Shown: positions 9,780 through 19,260 of the stretch, piece by piece
Layout: the number at the start of each line of letters is the position of its first letter
How positions within the stretch are numbered: position 1 is the stretch's first letter
Source of the DNA: Acidobacteriota bacterium
GTDB lineage: Bacteria; Acidobacteriota; UBA6911; RPQK01; JAJDTT01
Direction of reading: 5' to 3'
Assembly (NCBI GenBank): GCA_965217775.1
Contig: CBDCJH010000002.1
Location: 1,760,001-1,824,000 of the forward strand
DNA length: 64,000 bases
The notes under the pieces: model-generated
What the model saw: the letters and a program-made list of their open reading frames with translations, nothing else
Databases searched by the model: none
Told to the model about the DNA's origin: nothing
Made by a program: the position numbers and the translations under genes

Positions 9780-10277
9780 ATGACAAGGGGTGCAGCATCC
9801 CAGGCTGTTTCGGGCGATGTGGAGGTCGTTGTGTATACCGACGGTGCCTGCAGCGGCAATCCCGGCCCAGGCGGTTGGGCATTCATCCTGGAACACCGGT
9901 CGTCGGGCAGGACGCTGGAGGACAGCGGTGCCCAATGGCAGACGACCAACAATCGAATGGAGCTTCAAGCGGTCATTCAGGGTCTCTCCCGGGTGAGCCG
10001 CCCCGCTCGTGTCCACGTGGTGACGGACAGTTCCTACGTCCAGCAGGGAGCCACGGATTGGATCTACAAATGGAAGGCCCGGGGATGGAAGAGGAAAACC
10101 TCCTCCGGAAAGAAGCCGGTCAAGAACCAGGATCTCTGGGAGCGACTGGACCGGATTCGGAACCGGCATGAGGTGAGCTTCGAGCGCGTTCGCGGCCATG
10201 CCGGACACCCCATGAACGAACGTTGCGACCAACTGGCGGTGGCGGCATACCAACGGCTCAAGGCGGGCCGGCTGTGA
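9780..10277 (+). CDS. rnhA: Ribonuclease HI
   Basis: YTDGACSGNPGPGGW, TNNRMEL, VTDSSYV, VKNQDLW, GHAGHPMNERCD. Confidence 0.95.
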   Translation: MTRGAASQAVSGDVEVVVYTDGACSGNPGPGGWAFILEHRSSGRTLEDSGAQWQTTNNRMELQAVIQGLSRVSRPARVHVVTDSSYVQQGATDWIYKWKARGWKRKTSSGKKPVKNQDLWERLDRIRNRHEVSFERVRGHAGHPMNERCDQLAVAAYQRLKAGRL

Positions 10278-10355
10278 ATGGGAACGGCGCCGTCCGCGTT
10301 TGGGTACGTGCGTACGCAGGCCTGTTTGAGCTGGGAGACCGGCCAAACCACCTCT

Positions 10356-11561
10356 TCAGAGAGACCGGAGGAAGGCCAGCAGCGCCTCGCGTTCCTCCGT
10401 GGTCAGGGCTTCGAACAGGGTTCGGCTGCCTTCGGCCTCGACGCGGTGTCTCAGAATCGCCGCCTCGATGGTTGCCGCGGAACCGTCGTGCAAATATGGG
10501 GCCCGAGCCGCGACGCCCCACAAGGGTGCCGTCCGGATCTCCGTTGGGCCGGCGTCTCCGTCCCGAATCCCGTCTCCGGTTCCGATGTCATGGAGCAGGA
10601 AATCCCCAAACGGACTGAAGGTCTTGTGGCTGAGGGCTTCGAACGGACTGGCCCCGGTCTGTAGAGTCGGCACGTGACAGGCGGAACATTGAACCTCCTC
10701 GAAGAGTTCTTCCCCGCTTCGCGTCCGGTCGTTTTCCGCACCTCTCGGCGGCGGGCCCAGCAGGCGCATGAAATTGGCGAAGTTGTCGATCCCCCGCAGG
10801 CCCGTGGACGGTTCAGGCCCATCCTCAGGATCGGCGACGGCGTCGATGAGTTCCAACGGCTCGCAGTCTCCGGCAGGACACATCTCGTTGGGGAACAGGT
10901 CGCTGGTGATCCCCATTTCGTTGCGGTAGGCCTCTGCTCCGAAGGTGAACAGGGATGATTGCTGCGCCTTCCAACCGAAGCGCCCGGCGCGGGTCTCCCC
11001 GGAGTCCCGATCCACGACCCAATGGACACGCCCGCTGACCCCGTCCCCGTCCTGGTCTTCCGGATCCTCCAAAGCCGCCAGGACTTCATCCGGAACCGAT
11101 TCCACCAGACCGTCTCCGAACAGGGGGATCGGCTGCCGCTTGGCCACCACGTTGGCGCCCGCGGGGATCGCCGCCTGGATCGCATGGTTGGGGATGGAGA
11201 AGAGATGGATCAGGGACCCTCCCGGCGGGTCCTGAAAGGTTCCGTCAGCGTGCAGAGTCCCGGCCCGGACCTCGGTGATGGTGCTGGTCCCCCCGATGGC
11301 GGGAATGACGTGGCATTCGGCGCAGGAGCGGCCGTTGTACAGGGGCCCCAGTCCTTCGTCCGCGTCCTCCACTTCCAGGAAGTCCTCGAGTCCCAGGCGG
11401 AAGAGTTCGAACTCCACGCCTCCTATTCCCTGGATGGGTTCGCCGAACTCGGTCCCCTGCACGTCGGTTCCCTGTCCGGCCCCCGGACCGGCCATGGCCG
11501 CAAGGACCAGCATCATCGCCAGGATGGTCCCCCCTTTCACCACCCCGGGTCGTTTCCACAT
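10356..11561 (-). CDS. Exported di-haem oxidoreductase-family protein (DHOR/DUF1111-like)
   Basis: Signal peptide; two CxxCH (CAECH, CSACH); GLGPLYN, GRFGWKA, LLHDIG, RTAPLWG, YLHDG. Confidence 0.88.
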   Translation of the reverse strand: MWKRPGVVKGGTILAMMLVLAAMAGPGAGQGTDVQGTEFGEPIQGIGGVEFELFRLGLEDFLEVEDADEGLGPLYNGRSCAECHVIPAIGGTSTITEVRAGTLHADGTFQDPPGGSLIHLFSIPNHAIQAAIPAGANVVAKRQPIPLFGDGLVESVPDEVLAALEDPEDQDGDGVSGRVHWVVDRDSGETRAGRFGWKAQQSSLFTFGAEAYRNEMGITSDLFPNEMCPAGDCEPLELIDAVADPEDGPEPSTGLRGIDNFANFMRLLGPPPRGAENDRTRSGEELFEEVQCSACHVPTLQTGASPFEALSHKTFSPFGDFLLHDIGTGDGIRDGDAGPTEIRTAPLWGVAARAPYLHDGSAATIEAAILRHRVEAEGSRTLFEALTTEEREALLAFLRSL

Positions 11562-11580
11562 GGCATTCCCTCCGCAGGCC

Positions 11581-11964
11581 TTATTCGACAATGATGGTTC
11601 CCCGCATCATGGTGTGGCCGGCGCCGCAAGGACGGGAGCATTCGAACGGAAAGCTCCCCGCCTTGCGAGATCGGAATCGGATCTTGACCGTTCCCTGACC
11701 CCGCGCCGGAATCGTGACGTCGACGTCGGCCTTGGGTATGCGAAATCCGTGGAAGGTGTCCTGGCTGCTCAACTCGATCTCCAGCAGCGTGCCCCTCTTG
11801 ACCCGAATCCTGGAGGGAATGAAATGAAATCTCTCCGCGGAGATTCGGACCTTCTGCACCTTCGGCTCGCCATTTTTCTTCGCTTTGGGAAGGGCCGGAA
11901 CCAGAGCCGCTCCCAGCCCGATCAGGAGCAATCCGAGGCCCCATGGGATCATCCGGTAATTCAC
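11581..11964 (-). CDS. Exported cupredoxin (CuA-type, COX2-like soluble domain)
   Basis: Signal peptide; D..HGF...CSRPCGAGHTMM; GTG start after an AGGAGG RBS. Confidence 0.85.
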   Translation of the reverse strand: MNYRMIPWGLGLLLIGLGAALVPALPKAKKNGEPKVQKVRISAERFHFIPSRIRVKRGTLLEIELSSQDTFHGFRIPKADVDVTIPARGQGTVKIRFRSRKAGSFPFECSRPCGAGHTMMRGTIIVE

Positions 11965-11975
11965 GGCCGTTCCTC

Positions 11976-13403
11976 CTAAAACCACCAGCCGATGCCCAGG
12001 TTCCACCGGTTGCGGGCCCGGACGACCCGGCTGGCGTTCCTCATGATGTTGTAGTCAACTTTCAGCACCACGTCCGGGTGGGGAAAGTAGGAAAGACCCA
12101 GAACCTGGGCCGAACGGTCGAACTGGCTCAGGGGGAAGAACCCTTCAGCCATTCTGTGCTGGGTGTCGAAGTTCTCGTAGCGATAGAAGCCGACCAGGTC
12201 ATGGCTGGAACCGGACGGCACCAGGCTGCTGGAGCCTTCCAGATAGAATCCTCGCATTCCCCGGGCAATGTTGGGGTTGATTCCGGCGCTGCGTCGAATC
12301 GAAGCGTTGACCTCAGCCGCCTGGTCCAGATGGGTCAGGGCAAATTGTCCCCGTGCCTCGAAGCGATCGAACCGATACCGGCCGTCGAACTCGAAGACCC
12401 GCAATCGGGCGTCCAGATCCCTGAACTGGAATCCGGTCTCTCCGGTCCAGAAGCTGGTGCCCAGATTCAGTCCCGGAAGCGGCCCGTATTCGACTCGCCC
12501 GACCCAGGCCAGATTGCGAGCGTTCTCCAGAAAGGATTTCTGCCTTCCCTCCCGGAAACCCTCCTCCGCCGAAAAGAGGGAGCCGTCCACCGAACTCATG
12601 ACATAGGTCTTGTAGGAGAAACCTCCGCCCAAGTCTCCCACCAGGCCTCCGCCGCCGGCAAACCAGGTCGTGGGCAGGATCACCTCATCCACGAAGGGAC
12701 GCTCCACCCCGTGAAACGCCGTCGGCTCATGCCTTTCGTTGATGATTCCCACCGGCGTCAACAAGATCCCGGCCCGAAAGTTGAATCTCGGGTCGATGAG
12801 GAAGTCCAGGTAGGCCTGTTCCAACTCCAACTCACCGGTGGGGGCGCCCCCCTCGATCAGGCCGTGCTCCAATTCCAGCTCCGACCAGAAGCGGACTCGA
12901 TCCCCGAACATGTGGCCCAGGTTCAGAACGAAGCGGTGGAAGTCGAGAGTCGTCGGGTTCAAGCCGTCGTGGTTGACATGCATCTCCATGTACCCGGACA
13001 TGGGCATGCTGCCGCCGAACATTCCCGCCGTCGCGCCGGGAGCGTCAGGCGCCGCGACTACCTCGGCGACCACCATCGCTTCCACCTCCGGGACCGCCTC
13101 GTGTTTCGGAGCCGGCTCCTCGACCCGGGACGCTTGCCGGCGAATCGTCTTCAATTCAGCGGCCAGAGACTGCAGTTCACCTTTCACATCCTCGCCGAGA
13201 GTGCCTCCCAGCGCGTCGGCCAAGAGTCCGATCAACCGCTCCAGGTTGGACTCCACCCGGTCGAGACGGTCTCCAAGGGACTCCTCGGGGGGGTTGGCCA
13301 CCGCCGGCACGGTCCCGATCCCGATCAGGACGATCGCCAGGAGCAGCATGGGGAAGTTAGGGCCAAGGCGCGCGGCCGTGGCGGCGGGGGGGGAATATTT
13401 CAT
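11976..13403 (-). CDS. Outer-membrane beta-barrel/porin with an N-terminal coiled coil
   Basis: Signal peptide; DFHRFVL, SELELEH, ELEQAYLDF, GIINERHEP, VERP; C-terminal aromatic GWWF. Confidence 0.8.
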   Translation of the reverse strand: MKYSPPAATAARLGPNFPMLLLAIVLIGIGTVPAVANPPEESLGDRLDRVESNLERLIGLLADALGGTLGEDVKGELQSLAAELKTIRRQASRVEEPAPKHEAVPEVEAMVVAEVVAAPDAPGATAGMFGGSMPMSGYMEMHVNHDGLNPTTLDFHRFVLNLGHMFGDRVRFWSELELEHGLIEGGAPTGELELEQAYLDFLIDPRFNFRAGILLTPVGIINERHEPTAFHGVERPFVDEVILPTTWFAGGGGLVGDLGGGFSYKTYVMSSVDGSLFSAEEGFREGRQKSFLENARNLAWVGRVEYGPLPGLNLGTSFWTGETGFQFRDLDARLRVFEFDGRYRFDRFEARGQFALTHLDQAAEVNASIRRSAGINPNIARGMRGFYLEGSSSLVPSGSSHDLVGFYRYENFDTQHRMAEGFFPLSQFDRSAQVLGLSYFPHPDVVLKVDYNIMRNASRVVRARNRWNLGIGWWF

Positions 13404-13418
13404 GGCGCTAAGTTGAAG

Positions 13419-13434
13419 TTTAGTCCAGACTAAA
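13419..13434. promoter_or_regulatory. 16-bp palindrome TTTAGTC-CA-GACTAAA, candidate metal-repressor operator
   Basis: Perfect 7-bp arms, 16 bp upstream of the porin start codon. Confidence 0.55.
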
Positions 13435-13530
13435 TCCAAGGTCAACGCGCAGAGAGCCGATTTCTGACCCGAGAGGTGGACAAAAAGCCCTCGGTCTCAA
13501 GAGGGACGGAAATTAAGCCCTGGTATGGGG

Positions 13531-15957
13531 TCAGGTGCCGGGTGCGGTTTCGGAAACGATTAGATCGTAGACGCGGCGGGCATGATCGTAAGCCCTGCGG
13601 GCCGCGTCTTGCTCCGAGTCGCGGATCCTGGCGTGCTTCATCTTCCAGCATTGATCCACGGCCTGGCGACACCATTCGGCGCTTCTGCGTGAAGCCCGGA
13701 CCGGCTTGTCTCCCACCAGGACGAAGATGGGATTGGTGTGGGAACTGCCAAGAACCCGCAGGGCGACCCAACTGGACCGGGTGAGCTCATGGTCGAACTC
13801 GATCTCGTTCCAGTCGCCGTCAGCCGTCACGACCCGGGTTGACACGGACTGGCCATTGACCACCAGGTCCACGGGAACGTTTCGGCTGGTCCCCTTTCGG
13901 GCCCGCTCCAGATGCCAATAGGGAGGCTGAGTCATGCCGCGGGAGGCGATCAGCGCGCCCACGTCATCCTGCCGTTCCGTAAGATAGGCGGCGACTCGGG
14001 CTCGGACCTTCACCTTGCCGGGAGCGGCCAGCCGGAGCTCGCTTCCCTCGGCACCCAGTTCCCGGTCCTGCACCTGAAACCCGATAAGGTGGGATCTGCC
14101 GTCGGAGACGTAGCTCCTACCGGCGCGGATCTGCTCCATGTAGCGGTCGAAGTCCAACTCCCCTTCCAGCTTCGCGTAGCTGCGGGCCATCCCGATGCGG
14201 TCATCGTAGATACAGGGGAAATCCGTCTCTCCACTGATGCGGGTCCGGAACCCGGAATTCAGGGTGTGGTACCAGATGTTGAGCTCCCAGGGCAGCGGCG
14301 TGTCTCCGGCGGAGATGAAGTCCACCGCGTCGTGGGTCACCGACACGATGTATTCATTGGCGCCGATCCCGTCGAATTTGGCCATCACGTAGTTGGGCAG
14401 CTCGGTGGTGAATTCCTTCGGCTCCAGGCCCCATCCCGAGTGGGAGTAGCCGACGACGGCTCCCTGCCCCTGACCCCACTGGAGGACGGGGAGGGTCCAA
14501 CTGGGCCATTGCTGGACCCGGGTCGTCCCGGGGTAGTCGTCTTCCCGGAGCCGCAGAAGACAGAGATGGCCCGCGTGCGAGGAGGGAAAGCCGGAGACCT
14601 CCACGTCATAACGCATCAGGTTGTTCCGGGTGGAGAGGGAGTGCACCCGACCCTCGAAGTTCTGTTTCTGGTGATACCAGCACGGTCCCCAGGTCAGGAC
14701 GCAGGCGATGTTCAAATCTTCACCCAGCGCCTGGCGCCACATGTGAGACGGCTGGACGCCCTCGTCGGGACTCTCGTAATGGCTGCATCCGGCGGCGTGG
14801 ACATGATGGTCGGCGCTGTACCAGCCCAGAGCCGCCAAATGCGTCCAGCGCTCGAGCCGGAAACCGATCTCCTGCTCTTCGACACCGGGACGAACGCGGA
14901 CTCTCCGGTTCCGGACCAGATATTCCGGACCGCGGCTGACCTGAATTTCGTATTCGCCAGCCGGCAGGAAGACATGCTCGCCGTCAGCACGGTAGACCTG
15001 CGGATGGAAGTAGAAATCGGGATATTCTCCGCGGGAGAGCCGCCGCGACGGCAGCGGATAGACGCCTACCAGACGGCCGGCGCGGGCGGGAGTATCGCCG
15101 ATGCCCCGGGTCCGGTCCCACGGACGCCTCAGCGCCCGCGCCAACCGGTAGTCGGACGGCAAACGATTCAACTCCGGATCTTCGATCACCCGTTCGATGC
15201 CGTCGGTGATGACGAACGAGGCCATGGTGGGAGTACCGTCGTGATCCTTGACCCGGAGCCGGACCCGGACCGCAGGACGGCAGTCGAAGAGGACGTCCAC
15301 GCTGTTGCGAAAGCCCAAATCCTGGGTCCCCTGCCCCACGTGGAATCCGATCTTGGCTTCGCGCAACCCTTGTTCCCGGGTGTAGATCTGGATGATGGCG
15401 TACTCCAGCTTCAGACCCGAAAGCTGGCTCCGCAGGGGGCGGCGGCCATAGACGGCCAGTTCCAGGAAACGATTGGCCACGTCTCCGTCCGAGAGCACGT
15501 TCTCCGGTTTGACCCGTTTCGCCCCCGTCGACTTGTGAAACAGCGGCAGCGCGTTGGGGCTTTCGGCGTGGAGCTGGGCGTTGACGGCGGCGTCGTTTTC
15601 TATCTTGACCATAAAGCTGGTCCACCCGCCCTGGACCAGAAGCGGAGCCGCCGGGCCACGCAACACTTTGACCCGAGCCTCCGGGTTGATCGACACCATG
15701 GCCAGGCAATACGGATCCAACAGGGTCTGGATCTCACGAACCACCGAGTCGGAAGGAGACTGATCCCTCAAGGCCTGGATCCGCTCCCAGTCCCGGCTGT
15801 CCAAACGGCTGCCCAGGAACGAGAGGGCTTCCCCCAAGCGGACGACCTGCGCCACCAGAGGCTGGGGCTCGACGTCCTGAACCAGTGGAAGCGCCTGTCC
15901 CGGGAGAAATGACGGAAACGATGCAAAGAGGACGATCAACGCCAGGGCCGGTTTCAC
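13531..15957 (-). CDS. Exported CehA/McbA-family (PHP-like) metallohydrolase
   Basis: Signal peptide; WYSADHHVHAAGC, GYSHSGWG, WYHTLNSG, SGETDFPC, SHTNPIFV. Confidence 0.8.
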   Translation of the reverse strand: MKPALALIVLFASFPSFLPGQALPLVQDVEPQPLVAQVVRLGEALSFLGSRLDSRDWERIQALRDQSPSDSVVREIQTLLDPYCLAMVSINPEARVKVLRGPAAPLLVQGGWTSFMVKIENDAAVNAQLHAESPNALPLFHKSTGAKRVKPENVLSDGDVANRFLELAVYGRRPLRSQLSGLKLEYAIIQIYTREQGLREAKIGFHVGQGTQDLGFRNSVDVLFDCRPAVRVRLRVKDHDGTPTMASFVITDGIERVIEDPELNRLPSDYRLARALRRPWDRTRGIGDTPARAGRLVGVYPLPSRRLSRGEYPDFYFHPQVYRADGEHVFLPAGEYEIQVSRGPEYLVRNRRVRVRPGVEEQEIGFRLERWTHLAALGWYSADHHVHAAGCSHYESPDEGVQPSHMWRQALGEDLNIACVLTWGPCWYHQKQNFEGRVHSLSTRNNLMRYDVEVSGFPSSHAGHLCLLRLREDDYPGTTRVQQWPSWTLPVLQWGQGQGAVVGYSHSGWGLEPKEFTTELPNYVMAKFDGIGANEYIVSVTHDAVDFISAGDTPLPWELNIWYHTLNSGFRTRISGETDFPCIYDDRIGMARSYAKLEGELDFDRYMEQIRAGRSYVSDGRSHLIGFQVQDRELGAEGSELRLAAPGKVKVRARVAAYLTERQDDVGALIASRGMTQPPYWHLERARKGTSRNVPVDLVVNGQSVSTRVVTADGDWNEIEFDHELTRSSWVALRVLGSSHTNPIFVLVGDKPVRASRRSAEWCRQAVDQCWKMKHARIRDSEQDAARRAYDHARRVYDLIVSETAPGT

Positions 15958-16151
15958 GGTGGGCCTCCTTTCAGGGTAAGAATTGCGGTTTCAGGCTACC
16001 ACAGGGGAAAGGGACGACTCCTCCGATTCCTTGAAATGCCCCTCAGGGGCCGATATTCTTCTGGCGGAACGGTCGGCGGCGCCACGCCGCCGGACACGGC
16101 GGCAACCGCCGTCCGGGATCCGTCCAACGCCAGTGAAAGGAGCAACGAGTC

Positions 16152-17045
16152 ATGCCCGACGCAGACCGGCCAGGCGAGGCCAAGCAATTCTATACAGACA
16201 TCCCCGCAACCAGTGAACCCTTCTTTCTGAAGGGATCCAACTCTCTGGATTGGGGAATGCAGAACCGCCTCTCGCGGATCTTCAATCCGGCCTCGGGGCG
16301 CACCGTCATGCTGGCCGTCGACCATGGCTACTTCATGGGACCGACCACCGGCCTGGAGCGGATCGACGTTCGCATCGTCCCCCTCCTGGACTATTGCGAC
16401 GCCCTGATGCTGACCCGGGGGATCCTCCGCACCACCATCCCCTCCAGTTTCGGACGGGGCACGGTGCTCCGCGCCAGCGGAGGCCCCAGCATCCTCAAGG
16501 AGCTTTCCGACGAACAGCTCGCCCTGGGCATCGAGGACGGTCTCAGAGCCAACGCCGCGGCCCTGGCGGTCCAGGTCTTCATCGGAGGCGAATACGAGAG
16601 CCAATCGGTCCTGAACATGACCCGGCTGGTGGATCTGGGCAATCGCTACGGAATGCCGGTGCTGGCGGTGACCGCGGTGGGCAGAGAGATGGAGCGGAAC
16701 GCCAAGTACTTTCGTCTTGCTTGCAGGATGTGCGCCGAGCTGGGGGCCCATATCGTCAAGAGTTACTATATTCCCGACGGTTTCGAGACCGTGACCGCCT
16801 CGTGTCCCGTCCCCATGGTCATGGCCGGCGGAAAGAAGCTCCCCGAGCTGGATGCCCTCACCATGGCGTACAACGCGATCCAACAGGGGGCTTCAGGCGT
16901 GGACATGGGCCGAAACATCTTCCAGAGCGACACTCCACGAGCGATGATCAAGGCGATCCGCCAAGTGGTCCACAACCAACTGAAACCCAGCCACGCCTAC
17001 GAGCTCTACCAGGATCTGAGAGCGGAGAGTCTGGCCTCGACCTGA
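16152..17045 (+). CDS. lsrF: LsrF-like thiolase/class I aldolase
   Basis: [39 protein letters not shown]; [12 protein letters not shown]; [11 protein letters not shown]. Confidence 0.9.
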   Translation: MPDADRPGEAKQFYTDIPATSEPFFLKGSNSLDWGMQNRLSRIFNPASGRTVMLAVDHGYFMGPTTGLERIDVRIVPLLDYCDALMLTRGILRTTIPSSFGRGTVLRASGGPSILKELSDEQLALGIEDGLRANAAALAVQVFIGGEYESQSVLNMTRLVDLGNRYGMPVLAVTAVGREMERNAKYFRLACRMCAELGAHIVKSYYIPDGFETVTASCPVPMVMAGGKKLPELDALTMAYNAIQQGASGVDMGRNIFQSDTPRAMIKAIRQVVHNQLKPSHAYELYQDLRAESLAST

Positions 17046-17143
17046 TGTTCTGCCGCGCAGGCTCCTAGGCTCGGCTTCGACGATCCGATTCCGTCCGGCG
17101 GCCGCTGGGGCCGGGACGGTCCGGAAACCACGGAACACGGAAC

Positions 17144-19252
17144 ATGAAAAGCCGTTGGTCCGACCAGGAGGCCGAGCGGTTCGTCGCCCGGTACGCTCGC
17201 CGCTGGGGCCGGGACCTGGCGCTGAGAACGTATGCTTCTCGCCTCTTGGGAGGGGAATCCGCGCTCGTCCTTCACGGGGGCGGCAACACCTCGGTCAAAA
17301 CGGAAATCACGAATCTGCTGCAAGACCGGATCTCCGCCCTCATGGTGAAGGCCTCCGGACACGACCTCGCTCGGATCGAGCCCGAGGGACATACGGGACT
17401 GGACCTGAGCCACCTGGTCCGCCTCGAAAGTCTGGAGCAGCTCGACGACCGCCGGATGGTGGACGAGTTCATGACCCACCGGCTGGATCCCAGGTCTCAG
17501 GTCCCTTCCATCGAAACCCTGGTGCATGCCTTCCTTCCTCCCAAATTCATCGATCATTGTCACGCCGACGCCATTCTGGCTCTGACCAATCAACCTAACG
17601 GAGATGCACTGGTCCGGGAAGCTCTCGGCGACGGTGTTCTGGTCCTGGACTACTTCGAACCGGGCTTCACCCTGGCCAAGGCGTCGGCCGAGGCGTTTCG
17701 CCAAGATCGACGCGGGACGGGCATGGTCTGGATGCGGCACGGTCTGGTCACTTGGGGTGAGACGGCCCGGGAGTCGTACGAAGCCACCATCGATCTGGTG
17801 AATCGAGCCGAAGCCTTTCTGGCCAGGAAGGAGTCGCGATCCCTTTCGCCGCCAGTCCGAACCTCGCCGGAAACGGTTCTCTCCCGATGGAACCGGGTGG
17901 CGCCTATCCTGAGAGGACTTCTGGCCCGGGCGACGGGTCACCCCGACCGGCCCTGGGAGCGCGTGATCCTGATTCCTCTCCTTTCCCGGGACACGTTGGA
18001 TCTTCTGGACTCCCATGAAGGCCGGTCGCTGGCCATCACTCCGCCACTGACCGCGGACCACTTGATCCGAGTCCGAAACCTTCCGCTCTGGATCGAACCG
18101 CCGGAGAGCGGCGACTCCTGCGCGTGGAGAACCCGTATCCGGAAGGCATTGAGCGATTACGCCGATGAATACGAGTCATTCGTCCGGCGCCACCGGGAAC
18201 CGGGCCCGGAGGCCGAGTCCGCCGCCGACCTCGCACCTCGCCTCATCCTGATTCCCGGAATTGGAGCCGCCTGTGCCGGACGTGACGTCAAGGCAGCCGG
18301 AATCGCACGGGACATTGCCCGGCAGACCTTCATGGTCAAGGCCCGAATAGCCCGCATGGAGGGAACTTACCAGGGACTTGACGAGTCTCACCTGTTCCTG
18401 ATGGAGCACCGCGGCATCCAACAGGCCAAGCTGGCCCGCGATGAGAAACCCTTGCGCAGCCATGTCGCCGTCGTGACCGGCGCCGCGGGAGCCATCGGTT
18501 CGGGCGTCAGCCGCGGACTGCTGGAGGAAGGTTGCCACGTGGCCGTGACGGATCTCCCCGGCGATCGGCTGGATGGTCTGGCCGCGGAGTTGAACCGCCG
18601 GTTCCCCAACCGGGTGACGGCCGTGCCCTTGGACGTCACCAGCACCCGATCCGTGGCCGAAGCCTTCGACTCGATCGTTCTCGAATGGGGAGGCGTCGAT
18701 CTCGTCGTCATCAATGCCGGCATCGCCCTGACCGGTTCACTCGCCGAGATGGACAGCGGGGAGTTTCGGAAATCGGAGAGAGTCAACGTCGAGGGGACGC
18801 TTCACCTGCTGTCGCGGGCCGCTCGCCATTTTCGCCTCCAGGGCACCGGCGGAGACGTGGTCCTGGTCTCCACCAAGAACGTCTTCGCTCCCGGCGCCGG
18901 CTTCGGCGCCTACAGCGCCACCAAGGCGGCCTCCCATCAGTTGGCCCGCATCGCCAGCCTGGAGTTGGCCGAGATGGGCGTCCGCGTCAACATGGTGGCT
19001 CCGGACGCCGTTTTCTCCCATGGGGACCGAAGATCAGGCCTGTGGGAGCAGGTGGGTCCCGACCGCATGCGCGCCCGGGGACTGGACCAGGAAGGCTTGG
19101 AGGAATACTACCGGAAGCGAAACCTCCTCCAGGCCCGGGTCACCGCGGAACACGTGGCCCGCGCGGTCCTCTTCTTCGCTTCCCGCCAGACGCCCACCAC
19201 CGGGGCGACCCTTCCGGTGGACGGGGGATTGCCCGACGCCACCCCGAGGTGA
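17144..19252 (+). CDS. Bifunctional class II aldolase / short-chain dehydrogenase (RhaAD-like)
   Basis: LVLHGGGNTSVK, PSIETLVH, DHCHAD; C-terminal TGAAGAIG and YSATK. Confidence 0.9.
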   Translation: MKSRWSDQEAERFVARYARRWGRDLALRTYASRLLGGESALVLHGGGNTSVKTEITNLLQDRISALMVKASGHDLARIEPEGHTGLDLSHLVRLESLEQLDDRRMVDEFMTHRLDPRSQVPSIETLVHAFLPPKFIDHCHADAILALTNQPNGDALVREALGDGVLVLDYFEPGFTLAKASAEAFRQDRRGTGMVWMRHGLVTWGETARESYEATIDLVNRAEAFLARKESRSLSPPVRTSPETVLSRWNRVAPILRGLLARATGHPDRPWERVILIPLLSRDTLDLLDSHEGRSLAITPPLTADHLIRVRNLPLWIEPPESGDSCAWRTRIRKALSDYADEYESFVRRHREPGPEAESAADLAPRLILIPGIGAACAGRDVKAAGIARDIARQTFMVKARIARMEGTYQGLDESHLFLMEHRGIQQAKLARDEKPLRSHVAVVTGAAGAIGSGVSRGLLEEGCHVAVTDLPGDRLDGLAAELNRRFPNRVTAVPLDVTSTRSVAEAFDSIVLEWGGVDLVVINAGIALTGSLAEMDSGEFRKSERVNVEGTLHLLSRAARHFRLQGTGGDVVLVSTKNVFAPGAGFGAYSATKAASHQLARIASLELAEMGVRVNMVAPDAVFSHGDRRSGLWEQVGPDRMRARGLDQEGLEEYYRKRNLLQARVTAEHVARAVLFFASRQTPTTGATLPVDGGLPDATPR

Positions 19253-19260
19253 TCGCCGGA

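Noticed and set aside
17101-17215. 17-bp direct repeat GCCGCTGGGGCCGGGAC (17101, 17199)
   Set aside because: GC-rich, one copy lies inside an intact CDS, and no element features lie between them.
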